DNA from: Eremomyces bilateralis CBS 781.70
Taxonomy: Eukaryota
DNA length: 64,000 nt
NCBI GenBank assembly: GCA_010015585.1
Contig: ML975160.1
Reading direction: 5' to 3' (one strand)
In this document: positions 26,134 through 39,222 of the stretch, piece by piece
Numbering within the stretch: position 1 is the first letter of the stretch
How the letters are laid out: the number at the start of each line of letters is the position of its first letter
The notes under the pieces: generated by a model
Seen by the model: the letters and a program-made list of their open reading frames with translations, nothing else
Databases searched by the model: none
Told to the model about the DNA's origin: nothing
Translations under genes and position numbers: made by a program

Positions 26134-27330
26134 ATGTCCGGCACCGCCACTCCTCCCCCGTCCTCAACAGGCTCCGTGAAACTGGATGCCGTGAAGCAGG
26201 CTGTTCAAGCCAATGAACCTCAGAAAATTTCCGGCGCGGCTCTGTACTCACGGTTTGCTTTCGCTGGCGCCGTCTGCTGTGCTGTCACTCACGGTGCTTT
26301 CACTCCCGTTGATGTGTAAGCGCACCCTTCTCACGTCCATCTCGAGCGAGAAAAGACCGCGTGTTGCGCATCTCCAATTTTCCACCATCGGACGTCTCGC
26401 TAACTGGGATCTCTCACAGCGTCAAAACCCGCATCCAACTCGATCCCGCCAAATACAATCGCGGCCTCATCGGTGGGTTCCGTCAAGTCATTGGAGCCGA
26501 GGGTTTCGGAGCCGTCTGGACTGGTGTCGGCCCGACCTTCGCTGGATATTTCCTTCAGGGCTCGTTGAAGTTTGGAGGATACGAATTCTTCAAGCAACAA
26601 TGGATCAACCAACTTGGATTGGAGACCGCATCCAACAACCGAACCGCCGTCTACCTCGCCTCGGCGGCCACCGCTGAGTTCTTCGCCGACATTGCTCTGT
26701 GCCCTCTGGAAGCCACCCGTATCCGTATGGTCTCCGAACCGGGTTTCGCCAACGGTTTGGTCGGTGGTTTCAGCAAGATCTTGAAGAATGAAGGTATCGG
26801 TGCTTTCTACTCGGGCTTCGGTCCCATCCTCTTCAAACAGTCAGTCCATTTCCCATTCCTGCCTCCATGTTCCGATGATTCTAACACCCAACAGGGTCCC
26901 CTACACAATGGCCAAATTCGTCGTTTTCGAGAAAGTCTCCGAGGCGATCTTCAACGTTTATGACAAGAACAGCATGTCTGGTGGCCAGCAGACGACCGCC
27001 AATCTTGGCGCTGGTCTCATCGCTGGTTTCGCCGCCGCGCTCATCTCCCAACCCGCCGATACCATGCTCAGCAAGATCAACAAGTCCAAGGGCCTTCCCG
27101 GTGAGGGCACCATGAGCCGACTCGTCAAGATTGGACGTGAGCTTGGTATCCGTGGATCGTATGCCGGTATCGGTGCTCGTCTGTTCATGGTTGGTGGTCT
27201 GACTGCTGGACAATTCGCCATCTACGGTGACATCAAGAAGGTATGTACTCTATGTCTGTAACCGTTTGACACTCAACTCACTGTCTGTTAGGCCCTCGGA
27301 GCGACCGGTGGTGTCGAAATCGCGAAATAG
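26134..27330 (+). CDS. MIR1: Mitochondrial phosphate carrier
   Basis: Three carrier signatures ([27 protein letters not shown]) and [14 protein letters not shown]. Three introns; ends [10 protein letters not shown]. Confidence 0.95.
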
Positions 27331-28225
27331 ATTGGAAACCTGCACATTAGACTCGTTCGAGCGCGTGACTAAAAGCGCTCCTTAAAAGTATCCAGCGTGG
27401 GATATCAGATGAGCATCATCCGAACATAGATTCTCTCCCAAAATTTCCGCTCTGATGTCCATTCGGGGGTTTCTCCGAACTCGCTGGACAGTTTTTAATA
27501 GACAGCGTTTGTGGCATGGCATATTTGCGGGTTCTGTAATTGTACGGCTTTCATTTAGTAGAGAGAGGGTTGGCTGGGAAATGCAATGTTGAATCGTCCA
27601 GGCCATGTGGCATCTGTTGAAGTGTGTGGATCGTTCTTGAGTCTTCGTCCGAATGACCAGTGGGTTAGAGTTCCGATACCCAACAATATTCAGGACACCA
27701 GAGTCTTTTCAATATGCATATATTTATGGTTCAATCATCTCGTGCAACCTGTGCCGCTGGATGAACCGCAATCGGCAGCAGTGCTGTGATACTTCCAAAA
27801 CTTTATACTGAACACCACCATGGATCGAAGTGGCAACCACTAACGCTTACATGTAAACCATGGTACAAGCAGGACCTTTCGAGGGTTCAACGACTCTAAG
27901 GGACGACAGGGGCGCCGGAGACGATTTCGCGGGATTCCGGTGCCGCGGTCCCGCATTACTACTTCCATCCCCGGGGAGCTGCTGATGGGTCATCTGCCCC
28001 AACCTCTGTTACGACAACTGTGATTATCGACACGTTTGGAATTTTGTTAAGGTATTCACGTACTTGCGAAGCGCTTGACTCAGAACTGTCACGCGCTCCC
28101 TCATCAGTGTGATAAAGTTCTTGCGCGCGCATCCGCCAGCTCTCCAGCTCTCTATTCCTCGTTCGCGCTTAAGTCCGATCTTACCCCTCCTCGCACCCTC
28201 CAACGACGCAATCATCTTGACCATC

Positions 28226-29017
28226 ATGTCGAACCAAGACTACTACAGCCAACAAGGCGCCGGCTATGGAGGATATAACTCGCCTCCTCCTCAGCAAGGG
28301 CAATATGGTGCTCCTCCGCATCAGGAACATCCGCCGCAAGGGCAATATGGTGGCTATCCCCCACCTCAGGATGCCGGCTATGGCCATAGTGGCTCTCCAG
28401 CCCCAGGCGCTTACGGCGCTGCTCCTCAACAAGGAGGGTATCCTCCAGCGGGATACAATCCTTCGCACGGTCAACCTCCACACGGTCAATCTCCATACGA
28501 GCAGCGAGAGGGTTACCCTCCACAGCATCATCAAGGCGCGCCTGGCGGCTACGCACCAGGACCAGGCCCATACGACCAGCACCAACAGGGGCAGTATGGT
28601 GGGCACTCAGGCCAACCCCCTCCACAAGGTCAAGGTGGACCTGAGGGCGATCGTGGACTTGGTGCCACCCTACTAGGCGGAGCAGCTGGTGCATACGGTG
28701 GTCATAAACTCGCAGGTGGAGGGTTAGGAACCATCGGAGGAGCCATCGCTGGAGCGATTGGCGCCAATGCATTGGAGGGTAAGCACAAGTAAGTCCCTCA
28801 TGATAGTGATATCCCTAGGATATTGTGGATGGACGCTGACGAATCTGGGAATAGGAAACATAAGAAGAACAAGAAGGACAAGAAGCACAAGAAAGACAAA
28901 CATGGTTCAAAATATGCAGGCTCCGCAGCGGTCGGTGGGCTGTATGGTGGCCATCATGGGCATCATCGCAGTAACAGTAGCAGCAGCTCGTCGTCTTCCT
29001 CTAGCAGTTCTTCTTAA
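28226..29017 (+). CDS. Q/G/P/Y-rich low-complexity protein with glycine-zipper motif and K/H/S-rich tail
   Basis: MSNQDYY start; GDRGLGATLLGGAAGAYGGHK...GAIAGAIGANALE. Intron 28789-28854 joins to KHKKNKK...poly-Ser. Confidence 0.85.
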
Positions 29018-29735
29018 GGTGGCCCTCCAAGGTGTATCAGATTCTTTGTTTCTCTTTACTTGTATCCTAGTTACGCTCAGCTGGACTGTGACGTCTCTGG
29101 ACGTGGATCAACCGTGTTTAAGTGTTTTTGGGCGGTCATGACAAGTCACAATTTTCCATATCCCCAAGAAGGCGACGATATTTGATTCTAGGAAGACATG
29201 AGAATGTCCGAGTGTTATCTTCTCTATTGGTTTCACCGAATGACTTGTGGTAGTAAATATATTAGATATCAATACTTGGCTGACATGACTCGATCACTGG
29301 CTCCATGGTGTATTGAATTAAGTTTTCCAAAGTTTCGTACCATATCGTTAGAGAGCCCTCGTTGTTGATATCAAGCGGTAATCTGGATCATGGTCGTGGT
29401 TCCATCGAATAGTTGTCGAAATTTGGTGGCCGAATGATTGAAGCTGTGCATAGGCTAGATCTTTGGGAGCTGGATTCCATGTGGAGTTGACGGACCAACC
29501 TTCAAGGCAGTTAGGGAAAAAAAATCTCACGCTGCCATTGTAGCTGTCAATCTCTACATCAGTTCCAAGTTACATCCTCAAAATCTTTCGAAAATTCTAC
29601 GAATCTATATGTGTAGTGGCGAATATTGATGGGTGTTGATGAGGATCGATTGTTCGCAAAATTTTCCACAACGCCGAAAACTGCTGCTCCATGCAGGTCC
29701 TTACAAGTACACTCCTTCGAATTTGAATACCAAAC

Positions 29736-32696
29736 ATGGATATACTCTTGGAGTATTTCGAGTCTTGTCTCCCATCCGATTTAAAAGATGCTCTTGTCGA
29801 CGAACTTCATGCTATTAAGCAGGGAGACTTTTCATATCTTCTTCAACACCCGGTCACCCAACTCATCGTGGGGCGAACTGGCGATGGACGTCTGAAGGAA
29901 GCATCGGATGAAGATTACGATGTCTGGAGCGATTTCATCTTCGATCGTCTGGGCGTTATCCTAAGCAAAAGAGCAGACTCAAACGGCGGTATTACTGAAT
30001 CTCCTGCATACTACCAACATCTCGTTTCTCTGGTTGGGCTTGCAGCGCTTTATGCGTTCATCCAGTCAAATGTCACCGGTCCTCCTCTTCAAATTTCACC
30101 TCAGGATGTTTTATTTCCCTCTAAAGTCATACAAAACCGTTCGACGGAATCCACCTTCCGTCGTGGGCTCTTGTCATCGCTCACTGCGGACGGAATTGGT
30201 GCATATCAGCTTGCGAACAACGTCGAGCTTTTCTGTCTGGCGGACACGATTTTTACTTGCCCACCCCTCGGGAAAAATATCAAGGCCGCAAAATGGATCA
30301 AACTCAGGGTCGACTTTCTGCATCAGCGTATGCTATCAGAGATTGCACCATCTCTTGAAGACGCCATCTACGCCTCGTTGGTTGAGCTAGAGCCCATGGT
30401 TCTCCAGGACTCCAAAGATGACGGTGTCCTGTATACCAACTTCCTTCTAGAAAGGGCCACAATCCACACCCACCATGGTATGGACAAGAAAGCCCACAGC
30501 GACATAACTCAAGCAGTCAAGGAGCGACAGTTCGAGTTTGCAATTACCGGACGCCTTGGGAAACGAACAAAGTTCCAAGAGAACGATCTCAGCCAGCTTG
30601 TGGTTCTAGCACGCAGCAGATCCGAAGATCACGATGATACGACTGCCCCGGACCGGAGTACCGGACGAGATACGGTCACTCGCAACATCGCTCCTGAAAA
30701 TGTCGACCTAAATGACGATACCATCCTAGATTCCATATCTTTCACACCTGCTGCTAGTTCTGGACCAGAAGCAACCAAAGGAACAATCATTAAAGATCCA
30801 AACAGCATACCTCCGAAATTGGCGGACATCGACCCATCTTCGCAGCCATTACTTCACCCACTTGACAGCATAATCCTTCTATCCACAGCATCCTCGATTA
30901 CCAACACAAATCCTGCGGATGGTCTTACGCGAGAAGAAACAGCCCCTTACGCAACTCGCGTGCTTGATGGTGGAAGCTCAAATTGGCAAGTGTACACGCA
31001 AGGACTTCTTGTGCGGAGTCGGATCGAAGGCTATCGCTCTAGAACGACAGAACGTGGTCTCCTCCAACTTCAGGCCCTAGTCGACCAGATCATCGTTGAA
31101 ACATCTGGAACACATTCGGATGGCGAGAAAGACGATAAAGGGGCAACCTCGGGGCAAGATCAAAGCGTTCCCCTACCCACGATTGAAATTAGTGGTCCAA
31201 ATGGAACGACTTCTACCTCATCGGACTCAAAGCCGGCAACTTTCCTTCCAGCGCCAAAGCCCACCGAATCCGCCCCAGTCATGGAACGTCTCCAATACGT
31301 TTTCCAGCTGAGCTCGCCCTATCGATGGAACCTTGAGTCGGAATTGGCTGCCAGGTGGGTCGGCATTGGTGGTCTACGTACTGCATTAGAAATCTATGAA
31401 CGACTTCAGATGTGGGCTGAGGCTGCACTTTGCTGGGCGGCAACGGAGCGAGAGGACAAGGCAATAAAGATTGTGCGCCGTCAATTGTATCATGCAACCG
31501 ACGAGAGGTCCGAGGAAGAGGCAGCGAGCGACGACTTGGAAACATGGGAAGGGTCAGAAAGAGATCCTTTGCCGTCCGATGCAGCAAGACTTTTCTGCAT
31601 TCTCGGGGACATTGATATGTCTCCTATATACTTTGACCGTGCGTGGGAGGTCAGCTCCCATCGATATGCTCGTGCGAAAAGGAGCTTGGGGCGCTACTTT
31701 TATGCACGCAAAGATTTCCAAAGCGCAGCCGATGCCTACGAGGCCAGTGTTAAGGTCGCTCAACTCCATCATGGCTCTTGGTTCAACCTTGGATGCTCGT
31801 ATTTGGAACTACAAAATTGGACGCGAGCAATCGATTGCTTTAGCAGGACGGTCCAGCTCGATGATCAGGATGCAGAGTCGTGGAGCAATCTTGCCGCGGC
31901 TCTTATCCGTCTCGACCCAAAGCAAGCTATCGAATCAGCACCACAAGTTCCAGAGGTCCCATTGGAAGATGAAGATCTTCACGAAAGCTCTTCATCCCTC
32001 CCCGCACAACCGACATCACAGTCGAATCGAATCCATGCGTTATCCGCCTTACAACACGCAGCACGTCTCAAGCCACACGACTATCATATCTGGTCCAACA
32101 TCATGGCCATTGCTTTGTCTCTGGCTGACCCTCCTTACGCCACGATGTTGACGTGTCTTCGTCGTTTAGTCGACCTACAGTCCCAAAGCCTTGGTGAGAA
32201 TGCCATTGATGCCGAAGCTCTTGCGGTCCTTATCAGCCATATCACTTCGACCATTGATTCTCCTGTGGATGCGAACCTCCGTGGACTCCCACGTCTCCTG
32301 TCCGAGCTCATTGAATCGAAACTGATCCCGTTGATAACGTCATCAGCCGAGCTGTGGGCTCTCATCGCTCGATTTCGTATCTGGGAACGGCGCCCAGCCG
32401 CTGCTCTAGATGCTCAAGAGAAAGCGTGGCGTTGTACCTTGAATACTTCAGGTTGGGAATCTGGTGATGAGAAACATTGGGGACGGGTTGTGGATTCCAC
32501 AATAGATTTGGCACAGGCATATGAGAGTCTAGGTCCGCAAACACATGAGGACCAAATTGGGACCGTAGTCCTCGATGGATGGAAGTTCAAGGCCAGAAGC
32601 GCGCTCAGGAGTGTGATGGGCAAAGGAAAGGAGAGCTGGGATGGATCAGACGACTATAACAGGCTCAAGGAAGAATTGGACGGATTACGGAGTTAA
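29736..32696 (+). CDS. EMW1: TPR protein, EMW1/TTC27 family
   Basis: 986-aa intronless ORF; FIQSNVTGP, GRLGKRTKFQ, NWQVYTQGLLVRSRIE and TPR motifs (WFNLGCSYLEL, ESWSNLAA). Confidence 0.88.
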   Translation: MDILLEYFESCLPSDLKDALVDELHAIKQGDFSYLLQHPVTQLIVGRTGDGRLKEASDEDYDVWSDFIFDRLGVILSKRADSNGGITESPAYYQHLVSLVGLAALYAFIQSNVTGPPLQISPQDVLFPSKVIQNRSTESTFRRGLLSSLTADGIGAYQLANNVELFCLADTIFTCPPLGKNIKAAKWIKLRVDFLHQRMLSEIAPSLEDAIYASLVELEPMVLQDSKDDGVLYTNFLLERATIHTHHGMDKKAHSDITQAVKERQFEFAITGRLGKRTKFQENDLSQLVVLARSRSEDHDDTTAPDRSTGRDTVTRNIAPENVDLNDDTILDSISFTPAASSGPEATKGTIIKDPNSIPPKLADIDPSSQPLLHPLDSIILLSTASSITNTNPADGLTREETAPYATRVLDGGSSNWQVYTQGLLVRSRIEGYRSRTTERGLLQLQALVDQIIVETSGTHSDGEKDDKGATSGQDQSVPLPTIEISGPNGTTSTSSDSKPATFLPAPKPTESAPVMERLQYVFQLSSPYRWNLESELAARWVGIGGLRTALEIYERLQMWAEAALCWAATEREDKAIKIVRRQLYHATDERSEEEAASDDLETWEGSERDPLPSDAARLFCILGDIDMSPIYFDRAWEVSSHRYARAKRSLGRYFYARKDFQSAADAYEASVKVAQLHHGSWFNLGCSYLELQNWTRAIDCFSRTVQLDDQDAESWSNLAAALIRLDPKQAIESAPQVPEVPLEDEDLHESSSSLPAQPTSQSNRIHALSALQHAARLKPHDYHIWSNIMAIALSLADPPYATMLTCLRRLVDLQSQSLGENAIDAEALAVLISHITSTIDSPVDANLRGLPRLLSELIESKLIPLITSSAELWALIARFRIWERRPAAALDAQEKAWRCTLNTSGWESGDEKHWGRVVDSTIDLAQAYESLGPQTHEDQIGTVVLDGWKFKARSALRSVMGKGKESWDGSDDYNRLKEELDGLRS

Positions 32697-32810
32697 ATCC
32701 TCTATCAAGAAAGGAATGCAAACCAAATGGACACAAAAGCTCAAACCTGTAACCATGATCTAACGGCCAGGGGCTTTTCGCGCTAAATACAATAGCATGT
32801 ACATGACTGA

Positions 32811-34552
32811 TCAGACTTTATCTGTCAAACTTGGACTGCATTCGTGTTTCTCCCCACTTGGCTTCCATGAACCATCTTCCTTTCCATTGATGACCAGCGC
32901 TCCTGCGCCTCCCTCGACTCCAAAATAGTCCACATCATCCGAAATTCCAACTCCTTTTATAGGCGCCACCTTGTACAGAATGTAGTAGGTAAGCAACGAA
33001 ATAAGAGTTCCCAGAGGCCAAGACATGTAATACATATTGGACCACCCAGGCAAAGCTTCACCTCCCTGAACCTGTCTGACAAAGCCAGGCAGCGTTATCC
33101 AAACTCCAGATGTCCATGCCACGAAGGCACGCCAGTTCAAGCCGTTTCGATAGTAGTAGATGCTGGATGGCTCGATGGTATAGAGATCAGACAATTTCAA
33201 GACTCTTCTTCGGACAAGGAAGTAATCGGAGAACATAACTCCAGTCATGGGCCCAATGAAAACTCCATAACCGCCGAGCACGACTAGGAACTTGTTCGCG
33301 CCATTATTGAGCAGTTGCCACGGTTGCGTAATGAACGAAACAGCGGCTAGGAAGAGCATTCCACGACGAATGGTGAAATATCGAGGAAGCAGGGAGGCGA
33401 TGTCCATTCCCCCTGAAAGACCGTTGTTCGCCACCACCATCCCAAACTGTGCGACCATGAATGCAAAACTCGAAAAGGCGACCGCTGCTCGTGCACCAGA
33501 TGAGTCGTGGTAGTGAAGCTGAAGGGCATCTAGAAGTCGATATGGCTCCCACAGCAAGGTCCCTGCCTGCTCAGGGAACAGTTTTGCCGCGCAAGATGTG
33601 CATATAATGCCAATCAGCGCAGTGACGATGGTTCCCAGCGGAACCATTACCAACTGCGCAAGGATCTGATCTTTCGGGCGCCGGGCAAATCGAGTGTAAT
33701 CGGACTGAACGAAGATGTGAACACTAATGCTCGAAATATTGGTGCAAATCCCTAAAATGAGCATCCAGGCGAGATGTGACCCCTCGGCTTGACGGACGCC
33801 AGCCAGAGAGCTAACATCATGCAAGAGATCGCCACCACCTTTCGCCGAAGCTGTGAACCACACCAACAAGGCAAAAATGGTCGGAATGATGCAAGCGCAG
33901 CTGATAAGGAACGGAACCTTGTACTTTTCTGGCGCAATCCATATGAGTGGTAGATAGAGGATCGTAAAAATTATGAACGCAGTGAAATCTCCAGTGGTGA
34001 GAGTCCCACCAGCCAAAGACTTATCCAGATTCCGGAAAGACGGGGCCAGGGCCGTAAGGAAAGTCCTAAGACACTGGCCGCCCCAGTATACCTGCGTAGA
34101 GAACCAGATACAGGCCAGGAAGAATCGTTGTAGGACCACGAAAACGGATCCCCGAACACCCCAGGAGGCTCGTTGTATGATCGGAAATCCGATATGCCAC
34201 TTCGCACCAGGGGCTCCACTGAGGACGCAAAGCACGCCGACAATGACATTCCCAATGATCACAGTGAGCATGCACTGCCATACGGAAAGTCCTAAGGCGA
34301 GAATTGAGCTTCCTGTGGTCCAACCGCCAATGTTGAACGATCCTACGCGCGGAATCAGTAACCGGCAATCACATTATTACTGGATATACACATACCTGTT
34401 ATTACCCAGAGGGTAACGAATTGCCATGGTCCGTATGTCCTGCGATGTGGAGGAAGCGGTCGGGTGTCATCATTCAACGATCCACTGCCTGGAGCTCCGT
34501 CTTTGGATGACTGGACCTCGACCCGGCGTAAAGCATCTTTCAAGAATGCCAT
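32811..34552 (-). CDS. NCS1-family nucleobase/allantoin permease (FUR4/DAL4-like)
   Basis: NDDTRPLPPHRRTY, GAKWHIGFPIIQRASWG, SDYTRFAR, PRYFTIRRG, QPWQLL; about 12 hydrophobic segments. Intron 34395-34343. Confidence 0.93.
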
Positions 34553-35645
34553 GGAGGTTGTGGAAGTGGATAAAGGAGCTTATGAATACTTGCTGAAAAC
34601 CAGCTACTTGATGATGATCTGCGATTCTCATGGGTTAGGTCGGCCATATATACAAGCTACTTTCCTATTGACCGCGTTGTTTGCTTGACATTCTATCTTA
34701 TCAACATCCTCACCTAGCGTCATTGTGGGCCTGCCACGTTCCGGTGGCGGGGTTTGGCCAGATATGGATACGATATTCCAGGTGAAGCCAGGGACTCGAC
34801 ATCAGGCTTTGCCCGTTTGAAATCCCACTGTTACAATGAATGACCCACCTGGAGAGTTGATCGTTCATAAGTTCAGCCTCGAGAACCAATCACGCAATAT
34901 CATTTCGATGGAGATGAGAGGAGGTGCTCAGGAGCTTATCCTTGAGCAGAAGTCATCGTTGTGTGGAGTGCGGAGATGATACTGGCGGAATATTGTACGC
35001 CAACGGAATACCTGGGAGACCAGGTCGTATCCCTAGGGTCTGGACCCGTCTTTCGCATTGCATTCAACTCAAGGTTCCTCGGGAACCAGCGAAGGAAGCC
35101 CTTCGCTGTTGATGGTTTAACCGCTTGTAGCCAATAACTCACTCTGCTCGATCGCTGGAGTCGCAGCGAGGATGCTGGGGCTCCAGGATGGTCGAGGTAC
35201 GGATAACGGAGGACGTCGGACGATCTCTGATGGGCGATCTGGTGAGGGAGACTTTGGCTTTGACTCTTGGCCCATCCCTGTAGAATGATGGAATTAGCGC
35301 GAGATATGCTGAACGGCTAACTTGAAGAAGGATAGAACCATGATTCTTTATCTTTGGAGAGCATAATGTTAATCAAGGCAACGAGTAAGAGTTTCCAAAA
35401 CCAAAAGAGTGAAGATATGCTTAAATAACCTTTACTCTATGGGTGATCTAGCCGCTGCTATTCCGGATCCAGACCGTTTATCCATTCAAGCGCATCGAAA
35501 TGCGGATGAAATAGCTGCAATATAGAATGTGGATTGGTCGTAATCCATTATCGAGGTGTCCAAGTAATATATCTTGACCTGATATCCATCTCGGTTTAGA
35601 GAATCTATTCGCTGGATACCAAATGACAAGTCTCCTACATCATCC

Positions 35646-36803
35646 ATGGCTTCAACGATATCAGAGATGGAAACGCCGAAGGTGATTCATCTCACCAATG
35701 GAAATGTCGTAACAATCAAGTCGAATACATCCACCACTTTGCAATCCATTCCTTTGATTAACGTTGAAAAAATGCATAGTCCAAATCTGAAGGATCGACA
35801 AGCGGTGGCTGAGGAAATTCGAGCAGCATCTCACGAGATTGGGTTTTTTCTTATCACCAATCATGTACGTCCGTAGATCGACTATGAATGAATCGGGGAA
35901 CTAACTTTTCCGTAGGGTGTTGATATGAACCTAGCCTCTGGTGTTCTGGATCAAGCCAAGCAGTTCTTTGCGCTGCCAAAGGACAAAAAAATGGAGGTCT
36001 ACACAGGGCGCATGCCAAGTGAATTTTGTGGCTACCATCCAATGCAGGAGTATAACATCAACGGCTCCAAATTAAAAGGTATATTATCTTGGGCGGCACG
36101 AGAAGTATCCACAGAGCCTAACAAAATGATAGATCTCCACGAGGCTTACAACTGGAACTATGATGCTTCCAAAGACCCCGGGGCGTTAGATCCGAATCTA
36201 CCCTCCATCAATCTTTGGCCCTCTGGTATGCCCGAGTTCCAGGAGAAACTTTGCGCATATCAGACCTCTCTCATCAAGCTCGCACGGCAGTTGACTCGTA
36301 TCTTTGCTCTTGCGCTTTATCTTCCCGAAACCGCTTTTGATGACTGCGTCAGAGTCCCGGAAGCGGGGATGAGAATCCTTCATTACCCAGCGCAAACTGC
36401 TGCTCGAGCAGACCAGAATGGCATAGGTGCTCACACTGACGTCGAAACATTTACCATCATCACACAAGACAGTCCTGGACTGGAGGTCCTGAGCAAGTCC
36501 GGTCAGTGGATCCAAATTCAACCCGTACCCGGCTCTTTTGTAGTCAATATTGCGGACTGTTTCATGCGACAGACGAACGATTTCTTTGTGAGCACTGTCC
36601 ATCGCGTCATCAATCAGAGCGGAAATGAGCGGTATTCCGCGCCATTCTTCTGGGGCTTCAATCGGCAATGCCTGCTTACCCCGATCGAGACTTGTGTCAG
36701 TGAGGAAAATCCATCGAAGTACCCGCTCATGACTGCCGGGGAGTACTACGAGTGGAGAACGCGACGTCAGAAGAAGGAATGGAAGGATGGGCCACAGAAG
36801 TGA
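35646..36803 (+). CDS. 2-oxoglutarate/Fe(II)-dependent dioxygenase (IPNS / thymine-dioxygenase-like clade)
   Basis: DIOX_N 'IPLIN...IGFFLITNHG'; iron triad HTD...STVHRV; RYS 2OG-binding motif. Two introns. Confidence 0.93.
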
Positions 36804-36982
36804 CTGGATACAACATTATGAGGATGCATTTTTGACCTTGCTTAAACCCCGAATCGCTGCAAGCGTCGAGCGAGGAGTTGGAAATTCTTCTGTCTTTCTA
36901 ATGGCAAATTATGCAGCACCCTTGCATTCGATACTGTACACCTACCGACAAGGCTATAGTGAGAGCAATGCTTCTATAGGGC

Positions 36983-38791
36983 TTAGTTATGATTGATGGA
37001 TGCGACGGAGTCTAGCCATTCGTCAAGCCATGGTGTATCATCTCTCCAGTCTAGTATCATTTCACTGTGCTCGGGAGCTTGCGAATCGCCGAAGAAATTC
37101 ACGGGCGGTCCGGAGGTTGGGAATGTATGCGCAGTTGATTGATCAATCAGCCCAGATATCCGGTTAACACACTCCCGCAGCCGTGCACTTGCGCGTATTG
37201 CGTACGGCAAATCTGTATGAAGGCTTTCGAGGAATTCTGCCATGCAAAGTCTTTCTGTGGTTAGTGTGGGAACATCCATTGTGATACATTAGACATACAT
37301 AACATCTCTAAGGTCCTGGTAATCGGACATCGGCAACTCCTTTCCAATGAAGTGGCTCAATATGTGACCAAAACCCGAGATTTCTTGGACCTATCGGGAA
37401 TAAGTAACGATCATCAGCATTTAGGAACCAGGGTTATACCGCTGCTAAACTCATGGCCCTAAGATACTCCAAAGGGATTGAAGAGATCTGTTCTATTAGG
37501 TCCAACGCTGTCCGACAGGCTTGATGAAATGTCGCCTTGTTGCTTGTATAACACACCATCCGGACGAGCTTCATATGTTAGCGGACCTCCTCGAAAGGGC
37601 GCAGGGTCATACTTGATAGGTACAGACAATATTCGCCGCCTGAAAACCACAACGATTCGCATTCACATTAGACGTAAGAGGAGGTGCAGTTTTGAACCTT
37701 GTTGGGAGATTCTCAAAAGCTTCTGTCAACGGTTGTAGAATCCTCTCGTTTAAGTCAAAATCAAGCAGAAATGACGTTGAGAGAAAGCCTTTGCGCTGGC
37801 TTTGGTAACCTGGCATTCCATGTAGTCTGAATTTCGTCAGGACATGTTCAAGACCTCGGTATAAATCTGTTACGAAATTCCAACCACTGAGCCATTCCGA
37901 TTCTGTGGTTGATCTTGCATCCTGTTGGTCTGCCAGAGACGGATATGACACCATGGATTGAATTTCCGGGCAGCGAATTGCATGTCCCATAACCAATGCC
38001 ATGTGAACCTCTAGACGGTAGAGGTGCCAATATAATCGGCGGTATTCTTCCTTTTCAATCGCTGACAAAGCTGGCGGCCAACGCCTCTCATCGTAAAGAT
38101 TTTGATCCGCAATTGCAGCATGGTAATATCCTAATTGACACTGGAGTAAGGAACCATTGCCAATCTCCAGAGCTGTCATGCATAACAGTCCGAGCGCTTG
38201 AAGGGATTCCTTATCTCGAGGCACTGGGGACGTCGATTGAGTCGTTCTTAGTGCTTCATCAAGGTAGAAGTCAGGGTCAACATTCTGGGAAACATCCAAG
38301 GCCGAGGGTTCGATTCCATATTTGATTCGAAATGCACTGAGCGCACACATGGCCATTAGAAGAGCATACGATGACGGCGAATTTGGGAGCTGCCCGTTGG
38401 TCCATTGGTCCATGAATGAGTCCTCGTGGACATAATTGACGCTTATATCCGTTAAACCCTGGTGCTTCTGCTGTGTACTCGATTTGTCGACTTACATTGG
38501 ATAGACAAAGTCAAAAAAGGATCGGATCAAAGTGGTCAGAAGCGCTCTCGATCCATGTTTGCTAGGATCCAAAGCCCATATTGGGCCAAATTGGGCGTGT
38601 TGTCGAGGCTTTGGTCCACGTTTTGACGGAATTCGGTTCCGTGTACAGACTATCCCAGCATCAATGCAGGTTCTGCATGGTGTTCGGTCGTCCTGTGCCC
38701 GACAGCGCCGTCCTCGACGATGACATGAATCGCATGCTTTCGTGATACGCGTTCCTTTGCGTTCTCCATTCGGTGTTAGATTATCAACCAT
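36983..38791 (-). CDS. Zn(II)2Cys6 transcription factor with fungal-specific middle domain
   Basis: ACDSCHRRGRRC...CRTCIDAGIVC binuclear cluster and 'EKEEYRRLYWHLYRLE' middle homology region. Several introns; 3' exon boundaries approximate. Confidence 0.9.
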
Positions 38792-39222
38792 TTGGTTGGA
38801 CTCGAGAGGTTCGTGTACGTGTCACCTCGCCGTGCTATCAACCATAAACCTTGTGGTGATTCGAGCGCTGTACTGTGATACCAGCAAGTACTTAATACTC
38901 TAACGTTCGTCCACCTCGGATGGTCATCCTGGGATGATTCTGCTACTCTAATGGCACCAGAGCTCCTACGGTTCCTCGCTAGTTGGTGGACCGATACCAG
39001 GCTCCGAGCGCTAGCCCAGTATTCCGTAACCACTTGCCGCCTGGAATCTTAATGAAATGAGCGGGGTCGGAGTCTGTCCGCGGGGGTTGGGATGATGCAA
39101 TTCGACTATTCGATTTTATCTGTCCTCCAAGTGCAAGTACTTAATAACTTCATACCCCCAAATCCGACTCTACCTCAATTTATTAGAATATTTATTACTA
39201 GAGTCATCAATCTATCTTCACT

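Noticed and set aside
36801..36821. TGA-C leaky stop of the dioxygenase as a cryptic peroxisomal readthrough signal
   Set aside because: Context is TGA CTG, not TGA CTA, and the extension ends TTL, which is not a PTS1.
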